A stretch of DNA of 64,000 nucleotides from assembly GCA_965202665.1 (NCBI GenBank), contig OZ241841.1, positions 1,824,001 through 1,888,000 of the forward strand, given 5' to 3'. Source of the DNA: Candidatus Spongiisociaceae bacterium (GTDB lineage: Bacteria > Actinomycetota > Acidimicrobiia > Spongiisociales > Spongiisociaceae). Within the stretch, counting starts at the first letter, position 1. Every line of letters begins with the position of its first letter. The position numbers and the translations under genes are program-made. Under the pieces are notes generated by a model that was not told the DNA's origin, did not search any database, and worked only from the letters and a program-made list of their open reading frames with translations. This document shows, piece after piece, positions 30,226 through 40,200 of this stretch.

Positions 30226-30582
30226 TTACGCTCCGATGAGGCGGGCGGCGGCGGAATGGCGGTGGGTGAACAGCAGGTGGGTTTCGTCGCGGCGCACCCA
30301 CAGGCCGTCGGCGGCCCGCCACCAGCGGCCGACGGGTAGGACGCGCAGTGAGATTCGGGCTTCAGGGCGGGGGGCTGAGTAGACCAGCGCTTCCCGGCCG
30401 GGGGCTCCCGCGGCGGGCAGGACCGCCGTCAGGCGGAACTGCCCGAACAGTTCGGCGAGGGCCGCCAACGGGGACATCGTCCCCCGCCGGTCGCGGAACC
30501 GCAGTTCGGAGCAGGAGCCGCAGGCGACGACCCGCACGCCGTTATGTTCGGCCCGGTCGGGATGGGGATGCCGGCATTCCAT
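30226..30582 (-). CDS. Hypothetical protein with CxH...CxxC motif
   Basis: ORF fills the gap between recQ and the nitrilase gene on the same strand. Confidence 0.45.
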   Translation of the reverse strand: MECRHPHPDRAEHNGVRVVACGSCSELRFRDRRGTMSPLAALAELFGQFRLTAVLPAAGAPGREALVYSAPRPEARISLRVLPVGRWWRAADGLWVRRDETHLLFTHRHSAAARLIGA

Positions 30583-30636
30583 ACGGCCATTATCACCGCC
30601 CGGTGCGACATTTTCGGTTTGCCCGGCCGCGGGCGG

Positions 30637-32481
30637 TCAGCGGGGACCGTCCCCCTCTTGCCGGTGGGCGGCGATTTCCGCTAGGAACGGTTCGGCGAAG
30701 TCCCGCAGTTTGGCGGCCCCGACGCCGGGGATGTCGGCGAATTGGGCGGGGGTGGCCGGGCGGCGGGCGGCCATTTCGGTCAAGGTTCGGTCGTGGAAGA
30801 CGACGAAAGCGGGCACTCCCCGCTCCCGGGCGATGGACAGGCGCAACCGCTTCAACCGGTCGAACAGGTCCCCGTCTCCTTCGGCCAACACCGCCCGTTC
30901 CGGGGCCGGGTCGCGCTTCCGGGCGGCGGTCCGGGCGGGTTTTTCGGGCGGGCGGCGGAAGCGGAACCCCAGATCCCCCCGCAACAGGCCGCCCCCCTGG
31001 GGGGTGATGCGCAGGCCGCCGTAGTCGTAGTCGATGTCCAGAAAACCGCCCGCCACCATCTGGTGGATGATGGAGCGCCACTGCCATTTGCTGAACTCCT
31101 TGCCCGTTCCGTAGGAGGGCAGGCGGTCATGTTGGAACTGACGGACTTTGGCGGTTTCCACCCCGGTCAGCACATCCACGATATGCCCCTGCCCGAACCT
31201 TTGGCGGGTGGCCATCACCGCCTGCAACACCCGCTCCGCCGCCTGCCGGCCGTCCTCCACCTGCGGCGGGTTTTCGCACAGGTCGCAGTTCCCGCACGGC
31301 TCCGCTTTCTCCCCGAAGTAGCCGAGCAGCACCTGCCTCCGGCACTGCACCGACTCGCAAAATCCGATTAGCGCATTAAGCCGCTGATGCTCCCGCCGCC
31401 GGTGCTGTTCGTTGTCCTCCCCGTCTTGGTCGATCATGCGGCGGCGGGCGGGGATGTCGCCCAGCCGGTAAAGCATGAGGGCTTCGGCCGGTTCGCCGTC
31501 CCGACCCGCCCGCCCCAGTTCCTGGTAATAGGATTCCACGCTGCCGGGCAGGGAAGCGTGCAGCACGTAGCGAATGTCGGGCTTGTCGATTCCCATTCCG
31601 AAGGCGATGGTGGCCGCCATGACCATCCCGGGGCGGGTCATGAACTCATCCTGCACTTCGGTTCGTTCGCCGGTGGGCATACCGGCGTGGTAGGCGGCGG
31701 CGTTTATTCCCGTTTTCCGCAACTGTTCGGCGGTCTGTTCGGTGTCTTTGCGGGACAGGCAGTAGACGATGCCGCTCTGCCCGGCCCGGGCCCCCGCGTA
31801 TTCCGCGATCCGTTTGCGGCCTGCGGTTTCCTCCACCGCCAGGTGGATGTTGGGCCGGTCGAACCCGTAGACGAACACCCGGCATCGGTCGTTGAACAGT
31901 TTGTCGGCGATGTCGCGGCGGGTGGTTTCGTCGGCGGTGGCGGTGAAAGCCCCGATGGCCGCCCCCGGCAAGAGCCGGGACAGGTCGGCCAGGGCTTCGT
32001 ATTCGGGGCGGAAAGCCGGTCCCCATTTGGAGATGCAGTGGGCTTCGTCCACCACCGCCAGTTTCACTTCCACCGGTTGCAGCAGGTTCATCATATGGTT
32101 TCCCATCAGCCGTTCCGGGGACAGGTAGAGCAGGAAAGGTTCGCCCTGTTGGGAGGCGTATTGGGCTTGGTTCCAAATGTTGCGGTTTTCCTCCCGGGGA
32201 TGGGAGGAGTTGATGGCCCCGGCCGGTATTTCGGCCAAGCGCAGGCCCGCCACCTGGTCTTCCATCAGGGAGATGAGCGGCGACACCACCAAGGTCAAAC
32301 CCCGCAACAGCAGGGTGGGTATCTGGTAGCAGAGGGATTTGCCCGCCCCGGTGGGCATCACCGCCAACACGTTTACGCCGTCGGACAGGGCGCCGATCAC
32401 TTCTTCCTGCCCCGGACGGAACGAGTCGAACCCGAACACTTCCCGCAACGCCCGCCGGGCTCCGTTCTGCGCCCCGTTCAT
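30637..32481 (-). CDS. recQ: ATP-dependent DNA helicase RecQ
   Basis: MPTGAGKS, DEAHC, AFGMGIDK, QELGRAGRDG, Zn-binding CRR...CGNCD.C, RQC and HRDC domains. Confidence 0.96.
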   Translation of the reverse strand: MNGAQNGARRALREVFGFDSFRPGQEEVIGALSDGVNVLAVMPTGAGKSLCYQIPTLLLRGLTLVVSPLISLMEDQVAGLRLAEIPAGAINSSHPREENRNIWNQAQYASQQGEPFLLYLSPERLMGNHMMNLLQPVEVKLAVVDEAHCISKWGPAFRPEYEALADLSRLLPGAAIGAFTATADETTRRDIADKLFNDRCRVFVYGFDRPNIHLAVEETAGRKRIAEYAGARAGQSGIVYCLSRKDTEQTAEQLRKTGINAAAYHAGMPTGERTEVQDEFMTRPGMVMAATIAFGMGIDKPDIRYVLHASLPGSVESYYQELGRAGRDGEPAEALMLYRLGDIPARRRMIDQDGEDNEQHRRREHQRLNALIGFCESVQCRRQVLLGYFGEKAEPCGNCDLCENPPQVEDGRQAAERVLQAVMATRQRFGQGHIVDVLTGVETAKVRQFQHDRLPSYGTGKEFSKWQWRSIIHQMVAGGFLDIDYDYGGLRITPQGGGLLRGDLGFRFRRPPEKPARTAARKRDPAPERAVLAEGDGDLFDRLKRLRLSIARERGVPAFVVFHDRTLTEMAARRPATPAQFADIPGVGAAKLRDFAEPFLAEIAAHRQEGDGPR

Positions 32482-32569
32482 ACGCCGGTTCCGTTATGTA
32501 AAATGTCGTAGTATAATGTTATCATCATAGTTCTTAAACAATCAAACCTTACCTTTTAGGAGGTTGCCT

Positions 32570-32884
32570 ATGAAAATATGCTACATAGACGAAGCAGGCG
32601 ACGGCCGCCGTCCGGATCAGCGGGAGGCCGACGTTCCGCCGGTGTTCGTCATCTGCGGCCTGGTGTTGGATAGTAGCAACCTCCCCGACCTGACGGTCGG
32701 CCATCTGGCGGCCAAAGCGCGTTTCCGCCCGGCGGCGGGATCACAAGCGCCCGACGGCAACATCCGCAAAGGCGCCCGGGAGTTTCAGTTCCTCCGGTCC
32801 TTGGATGCGGTTATGGATTTGCTCGAACGTATTTTCGACGAGCGGTTGGTGCGATTTGATACGGCTATTTTGATGGCGTTATAA
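32570..32884 (+). pseudogene. Truncated DUF3800-family (RNase H-like) gene
   Basis: MKICYIDEAG...VFVICGLV N-terminus; only about 104 aa with no C-terminal catalytic motif; SD AGGAGG. Confidence 0.65.
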
Positions 32885-32885
32885 T
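32856..32885 (+). promoter_or_regulatory. Sigma-70-type promoter ahead of repeat copy 1
   Basis: TTGATA-N18-TATAAT. Confidence 0.55.
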
Positions 32886-32898
32886 GCAAATCAGTTTG

Positions 32899-33009
32899 TT
32901 ATGGCAGAAATTGCCGCAGTCGGCCTCGCCTGGTGCGTGGTTCGGCGGGTTCTACGGCCACCGTGAATTCGGTAGCCGTAGTTCCTTTTTCGGAGGGTTT
33001 GGGATGCGG
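32899..33009 (+). ncRNA. Putative sRNA copy 1 (DUF3800-associated), ends in terminator
   Basis: 83-nt core repeated at 33148-33230; hairpin CTACGGCCACCG/CGGTAGCCGTAG followed by TTCCTTTTT. Confidence 0.55.
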
Positions 33010-33133
33010 AAAGGGTGGTTTGGTGGTCCGTGATTTTGGTTCACAGGAGGCATGGCGGTCTACTCTTCCGGTGAGCCATCTCAGTGAAATATGACTTAAT
33101 CTTTTGGCATGGGTAGATTGCAAGGCAGTTATC

Positions 33134-33245
33134 TTATGGCAAGCAATTTGCCGCAGTCGGCTTCGCCTGGTGCGTGGTTCGGCGGGTTCTACGGCCACCG
33201 TGAATTCGGTAGCCGTAGTTCCTTTTTCGGGGGGTTTGGATGCGG
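33134..33245 (+). ncRNA. Putative sRNA copy 2
   Basis: Core has one mismatch to copy 1; divergent 5' leader; same terminator. Confidence 0.55.
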
Positions 33246-33298
33246 GGATGTTTAGGGGCGGCGGAGGCTGGGCGGTCTCGGAGGGAGGGATACCGGGC

Positions 33299-33826
33299 TT
33301 AGTCGGGCAGGTCGGGGTCGGGAAGGTATTCGCCTTCGGAGTCGGCGGGGACGGCTTGGGCGGGGATGAGCAGGATGGGCAGGTTGACGGCCTCCGCCAC
33401 TTTCATGGAAACGCTTTTCCAGGCCGATTCGGTGAACAGGCTGCGGGTGGCCCCCATGATGATGGCCTCCGCCCCGGCGCTGGCCGCGGTTTGCACGATG
33501 GCCTGCGCCACATCGTCGGCTTCCACGAACGCCGTCACCGGGCGGATTCCCCGCTTGCCCAGGGCGGCCAGCATCGGCTCCACCCGGCGGTTCCCCAACT
33601 CTTCTATGTAACGTTCCACCTCCCCGGGCTGGCCGGCTTCCGCCCCCTCCTCCCCGTCTTCGCCTTCAAAAGGCTGCCACCGCCCTCCGGCCAGGTCCAT
33701 CGGCAAATCGCGGGGGGCTTGGACGACGCTCATCACCGTAACCCGGTCGGCTCCGGCCAACCTTCCCGCAAACTCCGCTACCGGCTCCGGGGGCAGCACT
33801 CCGGCGGTGCAAACCAGAATATGCAC
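33299..33826 (-). CDS. Universal stress protein
   Basis: MHILVCT.G, AQAIVQTA, IIMGAT, SVSMKVAEAVNLPILLIP. Confidence 0.85.
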   Translation of the reverse strand: MHILVCTAGVLPPEPVAEFAGRLAGADRVTVMSVVQAPRDLPMDLAGGRWQPFEGEDGEEGAEAGQPGEVERYIEELGNRRVEPMLAALGKRGIRPVTAFVEADDVAQAIVQTAASAGAEAIIMGATRSLFTESAWKSVSMKVAEAVNLPILLIPAQAVPADSEGEYLPDPDLPD

Positions 33827-33954
33827 ATGGTCATTTTAGTTGCCGGAGGGGCTTCGGCGTCTCTCAAAACGGCAAAATCCTCCCGCTCGCGGGCCGGGTA
33901 ACATTGGGGGAGGAACCGACCCCCGCCCGACCGGCGGCCCACAGGAGGTGGATT

Positions 33955-34464
33955 TTGGTAGAACCGGAGATCGCCAACCGGGTGACTTGGATGATCCCCA
34001 ACGCCTTGGCCCTGATCGGCTCCCGGGCGGGGGAGGAATGGAACGGAATGACCGCCTCTTGGATCACGCAGCTGTCGATGGAGCCGGTGATGATCGGCGT
34101 GGGAGTGGACAACGCCGCCGTGACGCACCGGCTGATTGCCGCCGGAGGGTCTTTTACGGTGAATCTGTGGCCGCCGGAGGACACCCGGGTGTTCGTCAAA
34201 TTTTCCAAACCGGCCCGCAAGGAGGGTATGGCTTTGAACGGGCGGGCCATCCGGGAGGGGGCGACCGGGGCTCCCATATTCGAGGAGGCGGCGGCTTGGA
34301 TGGAATGCGAAGTGCGCCGGGCCATCGACTTCGGCACGCACACCCTGTTCGCCGGGGAGTTGGTGGCGGCCGGGGCGCCGGAGGAACCGGTGAGGGTTGC
34401 GGCGATGAGCGACACTCGGATGAAATACGGGGGGGTGCGGCGGGGCGGCCACCACCCCCGCTAG
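33955..34464 (+). CDS. Flavin reductase family protein
   Basis: NGMTASWITQLSMEP, TGAPI, GTHTLFAGE; SD AGGAGG before TTG. Confidence 0.88.
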   Translation: MVEPEIANRVTWMIPNALALIGSRAGEEWNGMTASWITQLSMEPVMIGVGVDNAAVTHRLIAAGGSFTVNLWPPEDTRVFVKFSKPARKEGMALNGRAIREGATGAPIFEEAAAWMECEVRRAIDFGTHTLFAGELVAAGAPEEPVRVAAMSDTRMKYGGVRRGGHHPR

Positions 34465-34489
34465 TTTCAAACGACGGGAGGTGTGAAAG

Positions 34490-35251
34490 ATGGAAGTTTC
34501 GGCAGACGGCAAAACGGCGGTGGTGACCGGGGCTTCGCGGGGCATCGGGGAGGCGGTGGCGGCCGGGTTGTTGGCGGCCGGGGCGCGGGGGGTGGTGATC
34601 ACCGGCCGCAAACCGGAGAACCTGGCGGAGGCGGCGGAGCGGCTGGCCGAACCGGGGCGGGTGGAGGCGGTGGCCGCCCGGGCCGACACGGAGGAGGGAG
34701 CGGAGGCCGCGGTGGCGGCCGCCATCGACCGTTTCGGCTCCTGCGACATCCTGGTCAACAACGCCGGAACCAACCCGGCCTACGGTCCGCTGGCGGAAGT
34801 CGATCTGGGGGCGTTGGACCGCACCTGGCATGTCAATCTGCGGGGGCCGCTTCTCTACGTCCGGGCCGCTTGGGCCCGCTGGATGAAAGAACACGGGGGG
34901 GTGGTGTGCAACAACGCCTCGGTGGGGGGGCGGACCCCCGCCCACGGCCTGGGGGCTTACAACGTTTCCAAAGCGGGCCTGATTTTCATGACCAAGCAGT
35001 TGGCCTACGAAATGGCCCCGGCGGTGCGGGTGGTGGGGGTGGCCCCGGGGGTGATAAAAACCCGGCTGTCGGAGTTGCTGTGGAAGTCGGACGAGCAGGC
35101 GGCTGGCGACAACCACCCCATGCGCCGCCTGGGAGAACCGCAGGATGTGGCCGGGGCGGTGGTGTTCCTATGCTCGGAGCAGGCCTCCTGGATAACCGGA
35201 GTAACCCTGGACGTAGACGGCGGCCTGACCAACGCCACCGGCTACCTGTAG
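34490..35251 (+). CDS. Short-chain dehydrogenase/reductase
   Basis: TGASRGIG, NNAG, YNVSK. Confidence 0.92.
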   Translation: MEVSADGKTAVVTGASRGIGEAVAAGLLAAGARGVVITGRKPENLAEAAERLAEPGRVEAVAARADTEEGAEAAVAAAIDRFGSCDILVNNAGTNPAYGPLAEVDLGALDRTWHVNLRGPLLYVRAAWARWMKEHGGVVCNNASVGGRTPAHGLGAYNVSKAGLIFMTKQLAYEMAPAVRVVGVAPGVIKTRLSELLWKSDEQAAGDNHPMRRLGEPQDVAGAVVFLCSEQASWITGVTLDVDGGLTNATGYL

Positions 35252-35635
35252 CCGCTGGCCGCGAACCCTCCCGTCCGCCTCGACCGGCAAGATCGAAAAA
35301 CGGCCTCTGACCTGCGGAAACACCCCAATTTGACATCCCCGTTCCCGGTATGGTAACTTGACGCCTAATGGCAGGGTTGCGCCCTATGGGCTAATTGGCA
35401 CTGGAGGCCCAGGGCGTAAAAAATAAGCGAAAAAATTTATGAAAAAAATGACGAATTGTCAAATCTCAGAATTTTGAGATTTTTGCGTTTGCGGAGAAAC
35501 CAAATTTTCTTCATTTTTAGGAGAATTTTTGGGAAGAATTCTGAGGGAAATATTTCCCGCAGAGATTTCTAGAGCAGAAAGGAGGTACATTATGTACATC
35601 CCTCCGTAATACTCAAACGAAATGAAAAATAATAC

Positions 35636-35671
35636 GAAATGTTGGGGGCTCGTCAGAGCCCCCAACATTTC
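35636..35671. terminator. Perfect 16-bp stem-loop
   Basis: GAAATGTTGGGGGCTC-GTCA-GAGCCCCCAACATTTC. Confidence 0.65.
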
Positions 35672-35795
35672 TCCACGATTGACAAATGGAGTGAAAAATA
35701 AACTTAAGAAAACGCCAAGTTATATAATAACGGAAAAGGCGCAGGCTCTACGTCGGAGCTGATCGTTAAATTACTAGCAGAACGGAGGTTCTGAT

Positions 35796-36101
35796 ATGAC
35801 GGAGGAAAGAGACTTTCTGCAGGCTGTTTTTAAGCGGACTGCTAAGCCTCTTAGGCAGATTGCCCGACTGATGGAAGTGATCTCTGAAGAAGAGAACGCT
35901 GACGAACAAGACCTCCTGGAGGCTTTGGTGAACCTGGGTCACAGTTTGCACGACCTGGGTGAAAGCTTCCTGGAGTTTATCGACGCTCACAACTCCAAAG
36001 CGCAAATCATAGAGGATAAAGCCGAGAAGCTGTCAAAGCTGTCTTGGAAAGACCGCCGGTGGTTAAAGCAGGCGGGCATCGACTTCGGAAAGGACAAATA
36101 A
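35796..36101 (+). CDS. Hypothetical helical protein
   Basis: SD GGAGG; 101-aa ORF. Confidence 0.7.
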   Translation: MTEERDFLQAVFKRTAKPLRQIARLMEVISEEENADEQDLLEALVNLGHSLHDLGESFLEFIDAHNSKAQIIEDKAEKLSKLSWKDRRWLKQAGIDFGKDK

Positions 36102-36256
36102 TGAAACCTTATACAGAACCGTTTACGTGAGCGAATTGTGGCGATGTTTTCGATATGATTAGTCAGCGATGGCCGTACCGTACCTAAAAGTTTCTGAATC
36201 AGGTTTGTGTTAGATGCGGTGAGACCCTTTTTGAAGCAAGAATTATGGCTGATTGA
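36101..36256 (+). pseudogene. Zinc-ribbon-like ORF interrupted by in-frame TGA and TAA
   Basis: MKPYTEPFT*ANCG...RT*KFLNQVCVRCG; TAATG coupling and SD. Confidence 0.45.
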
Positions 36257-36336
36257 GCAAGTAAGACAGTTCCAGGTACGGGTTGTGAACCCGGACCTGG
36301 GCGACGACCCCTCTTTGAGGGAGAAAGGAAGACACT

Positions 36337-36699
36337 ATGTCTTCAGAAAAAGAGTTCCCTGATGTGGAATTAGCTATAAACAATAACTTGAAATTGTGGA
36401 AGGATCTGGATGAAGCCAACTACTACCTGAATCGATTACAGAGAGTGATACGACACTGCTCCGCGAGGGCAGTAGCCACTGAAAATCAGTATGCGCTCAT
36501 TGATGATTTAGCGAGACAGGTGACTTTCTACAGAAATCACGCTCGTAAAGTTGAAACGAAACTCAAGGAGGCGGAAGCCCGTGCGCGGGTTGCCGAATCG
36601 GCGGTTCGGTTGTACCGGTATACCCGTGTGGAACGGTTTGTGCTCCTTGGTGTCCGTCTAATATTTATAACAAGTCTGATGCTTAGAATTTGTTGCTGA
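36337..36699 (+). CDS. Hypothetical coiled-coil protein with hydrophobic C-terminus
   Basis: SD AAAGGA; 120-aa ORF. Confidence 0.65.
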   Translation: MSSEKEFPDVELAINNNLKLWKDLDEANYYLNRLQRVIRHCSARAVATENQYALIDDLARQVTFYRNHARKVETKLKEAEARARVAESAVRLYRYTRVERFVLLGVRLIFITSLMLRICC

Positions 36700-36752
36700 T
36701 TGAAATGGAACCCGCAGACTGAAAGCCCTACGGGTAGAAAAGAAAATACTTG

Positions 36753-36797
36753 ATATCCGGGGAACCCGTATTTGGGTTCCCCGGATATTTCTTTTTC
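36753..36797. terminator. Intrinsic terminator, likely bidirectional
   Basis: ATATCCGGGGAACCC-GTATTT-GGGTTCCCCGGATAT followed by TTCTTTTTC, with an A-rich upstream flank. Confidence 0.75.
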
Positions 36798-36915
36798 GTG
36801 GAGGAAATAATGAGCAATAAGTCAAATAAAGAAACAAAGCGGGTGGAACGGGTTATCAATCTGTCCCACTCAGACTGGCGGCTGACCGCTGGCATAGAGA
36901 AAAGAGGAATTTCAA

Positions 36916-37140
36916 ATGTTGTACATAATTATAGATAATGGAAAATGGATAACGGAGGCCTGTTCAGCGACGCAAGCGTTCAAAAATACATTCGGATTGT
37001 TTCCGAAACAGGTAAAAAACGCTGAAGATTTAGGGAAACCGCCCGCCGAAGTGGTCAGTTGTATGGACTTTGGACAGTTTACGAAACTGTCATTCGCGGA
37101 CGGTACCATAGTTCGGGTTGTTCTGAGGAATAATCGCTGA
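36916..37140 (+). CDS. Hypothetical protein
   Basis: SD GAGG; 74-aa ORF at the end of the cassette. Confidence 0.55.
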   Translation: MLYIIIDNGKWITEACSATQAFKNTFGLFPKQVKNAEDLGKPPAEVVSCMDFGQFTKLSFADGTIVRVVLRNNR

Positions 37141-37206
37141 CCATCTTGTCATTTCGTCGTCTGGCGATGGACGTTGCGAGGGCGGCGGAAAGTCGGGCTT
37201 CGACGG

Positions 37207-40200
37207 TTATCGGTGGGGGCGGCGGGGGGCGGGGCGGGGGTGGCTTGGGTGGGGGGCCGGGGGGCGGTAGGCCAGGCCGCGGGGGGTGGGGGCGAAGCCT
37301 CCTTCGGTTAGGAGTTTGCCCAGGGGGTGGGCGTCGGCTGGTTGGCCGTCGATGGTTTCCAGGCGGAGCCTCCGGTTGCGTTCCCCTATTTCGGAGAGGG
37401 CCGCCGCGGCTGCCGGGTGCAGGTCCGGGTCGGAGGCGAGCAGGGCGGCCCGGCGGCCTCCTTTTTCCAGGAACAGCAACGGGTCCCCGCCGTGCAGTAT
37501 CACGTAAGCCCCGGCGGAGCGGGAAGCCCGGCTTTGGGACTCCTCCGGCCAGGGGAGCAGGGTTCCGTAGGGGTTGGCCGGGTCGGAGGCGGCCAGCACG
37601 GTCGTTTCCGGGTCGGAGGGGGGAGCCCGCAGCCGGTCCACCGCCCCCGCCGACGCGAACTGCAGGCCGCCCATCCCTTCCACGAAATACCCCCGCCGCA
37701 CCTGCCCTGCTCCCTCCATGGCGTCCAAAACGGGAAACAGGGCGGTCAGCCCCCCAGGGATGTTTTCGGCCAGGGCGGCCGCCCGGGTCAGCACGCCGTA
37801 TCGTTCCAGCAGGACATCGCACCAGGCTTTCGCCCAAACGGCGTCGGGGGCCGGTTCGGCCGGCAAATCGGAGACCGGCCACCACCGCCCGGAGGAGGAA
37901 GGCGGAAAACCGGCGGGCAGGCGGGGGCGGCCTTTCGCCGGGCGGCGCACTTTGCCCAGCAACCGGGCCCGCAACGGGGCCAGGGTGTCGTTGGTCACTT
38001 CCCCCGCCCACACCAGATCCCACAGGGCGTTCAGCGTCTCCTCCAATCCCCCCGCCCCGGCTACGGCGGAACAGATGTCCCGGAAAAAAGAGGCCCCCCG
38101 TTCGGCCAGGCACCCCCGGACGGCCTCATGCAAGGCCGCGTCGGGCCGTTCCCCGGCGGGGGGGCGGTGCAGCAGGGCCAGTTGTTCCCGGCGGTAAAGG
38201 GCCACCCGCCCGTCCCGGGGGCCCAGGGAGCCGCATCCCACCCACACTATTTCCCCGGCGGCCATCAACCGGTCCAGCGACTCCGGGGAAAAGTCGCATC
38301 GGGCGGACAGCACGTCCCGTTCCAGAACAGAGGCGGGGATGGCGGCCCCGGTCAGGGAGGCTATCGCCTCCCGCAACGCCCCGGCGGAGCGGCGGCCGGT
38401 GAGGCCCACCCCCTGCCAGGCGGGAAGGAACCGCCCCAAAACCCGTTTTTCCACCGCTTCTATCTCCTGGCGGAGGGCGGCCAGGCTGCGGCGTTTCAGG
38501 CGGCGCAGCACCTCCGCGTCCGCCCACTCCGGACGGCGGGCGGGGCTGAACGACCCTTTCACCACCCGGCCCCGGGTTTCCAAAACACCCAGGGCCGCCT
38601 CCACCGCCCCCGTAGGCAGGCCCAAGCGGCGGGCGGCCTCCCCGGCGGTGAACGGCCCCCGGGTGCGGGCCAGCCGGCCCACCACTTCCAGCAGCGGTTC
38701 GGCCGTCGGTTCCAGAAAAGCGGCGGGGATGCCCGGCGGGGGGGAAACCCCCAAAGCGTCCCGCAGGCGCCCCATGTCTTCGACGGCCGCCCATTGGGGA
38801 CGGCCCGCCACTCGGACGGGAACCGCCCGGCGGGCCGCCTCCAACCCGGCTAGGATGCGGCGGGCGTCGCCCTCCCGCAACCGGGCGGCCACTTCTTCTT
38901 CGGCGAGGGGCCCCAAGGCGGCCAAAAGGTCGGCCACGCCGTCTTCGCCCCGCACCCGGCGGCCCGGGGCCAGCCGTTGCAACTCCATCTCCACCGAAGC
39001 CACCGCCTCCTGGTCCAGCAGTTCCGCCAGTTCCCCTTCCCCCAGCAGCTCCCGCAGCAGGTCCCGGTCCAAGGCGAGGGCGGCCGCCCGCCGTTCGGCC
39101 CGGGGGGCGTCCCCCTCGTACAGGTAGGAGGCGGCGAATTCGAACAGGAGGGAAGAAGCGAACGGCCCGGCCCGTTCCGTTTCCACCTCCACCGTGTGGA
39201 TTTTGCGGGAACGGACATCGGTCAGCGTTTCCACCAAGGCGGGCACGTCGAACGCGTCCTGCAGGATTTCCCGGTAGGTTTCCAACACGATCGGGAAAGA
39301 ACCGTATTGGACGACCGCCGACATCAGGTCGGCCGCCCGCCTCCGTTGCAGCCACAGCGGGGTGCGCCCGCCGGGGTAGCGGCGGGGCAGGAGCAGGGCG
39401 CGGGCGGCGGCCGCCCGGAACAGGGCCGCGAACAGGGCTGTGTCGGGCAGTTCCTCCCACAGCAGGGACTCCGCCTCTTCCGGGTCGATGAGCAGATCGT
39501 CCAAAGAAGGCAGTTCTTCGGCGTCTGCGAAACGGAAAGTGATGCCGTCGTCGCTCCACACGATGTCCATGTCCCGCCCGTAGCGCTCCCGCAGCCGGCG
39601 GCCCAGGGCCATCGCCCACGGGGCGTGCACTTTCGCCCCCCGCGCCGACAGCAGAACGATTCGCCAGTCGCCGATTTCGTCCCGGAAACGCTGCACCACC
39701 AGGGTGCGGTCGGTGGGCAGCGCCCCGCTGGCCTCTTTTTCCTCGGCCAGGAAGGAAACCAGGTTGCGGGCCGCCCATTCGTCCAGGCGGTAGCGCCCCC
39801 GCAGTTCCGCCTGCGCCGCCTCCGGCTCCAAAGCGGAAATTTCGGCTACGAACCGGCCGATGGCCAAACCGGTTTCCAAAGGCCTGCCCTCCCGGTCGCC
39901 CCTCCAGAAAGGCATCCGCCCGGCCGCTTCCCCCGGGGCGGGAACCACCTCCACCCGGTCGGGGGTGATGTCGGTGATGCGCCAGGCGGAGGCGCCGAGG
40001 ATGAACGCGTCCCCCGGCCGGGACTCGTACACCATCTCCTCGTCCAACTCCCCCACCCGGGCCCCGTCCGGCAGGTTGACGCTGAACAGGCCCCGGTCGG
40101 GGATGGTCCCCGGATTGGTGACCGCCAGCCGGTGGGTTCCGGAACGGGCGGTCAGGGTTTGGCTCAGGCGGTCCCACACCAGGCGGGGGCGCAGTTCCCC

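Larger units (their letters stand above)
35330..37140 (+). mobile_element. AT-rich phage-like cassette of small ORFs, no integrase
   Basis: Abrupt compositional shift; co-oriented small ORFs with strong SDs; TTGACA promoter at 35330; long perfect hairpins. Confidence 0.5.

Noticed and set aside
32899-33245. Direct repeats as a CRISPR array
   Set aside because: Only two units, repeats over 80 nt ending in terminators, and no cas genes
36695-36745. Hammerhead-like ribozyme (CTGAT...GAAA)
   Set aside because: The CTGANGA core and the three required stems could not be assembled
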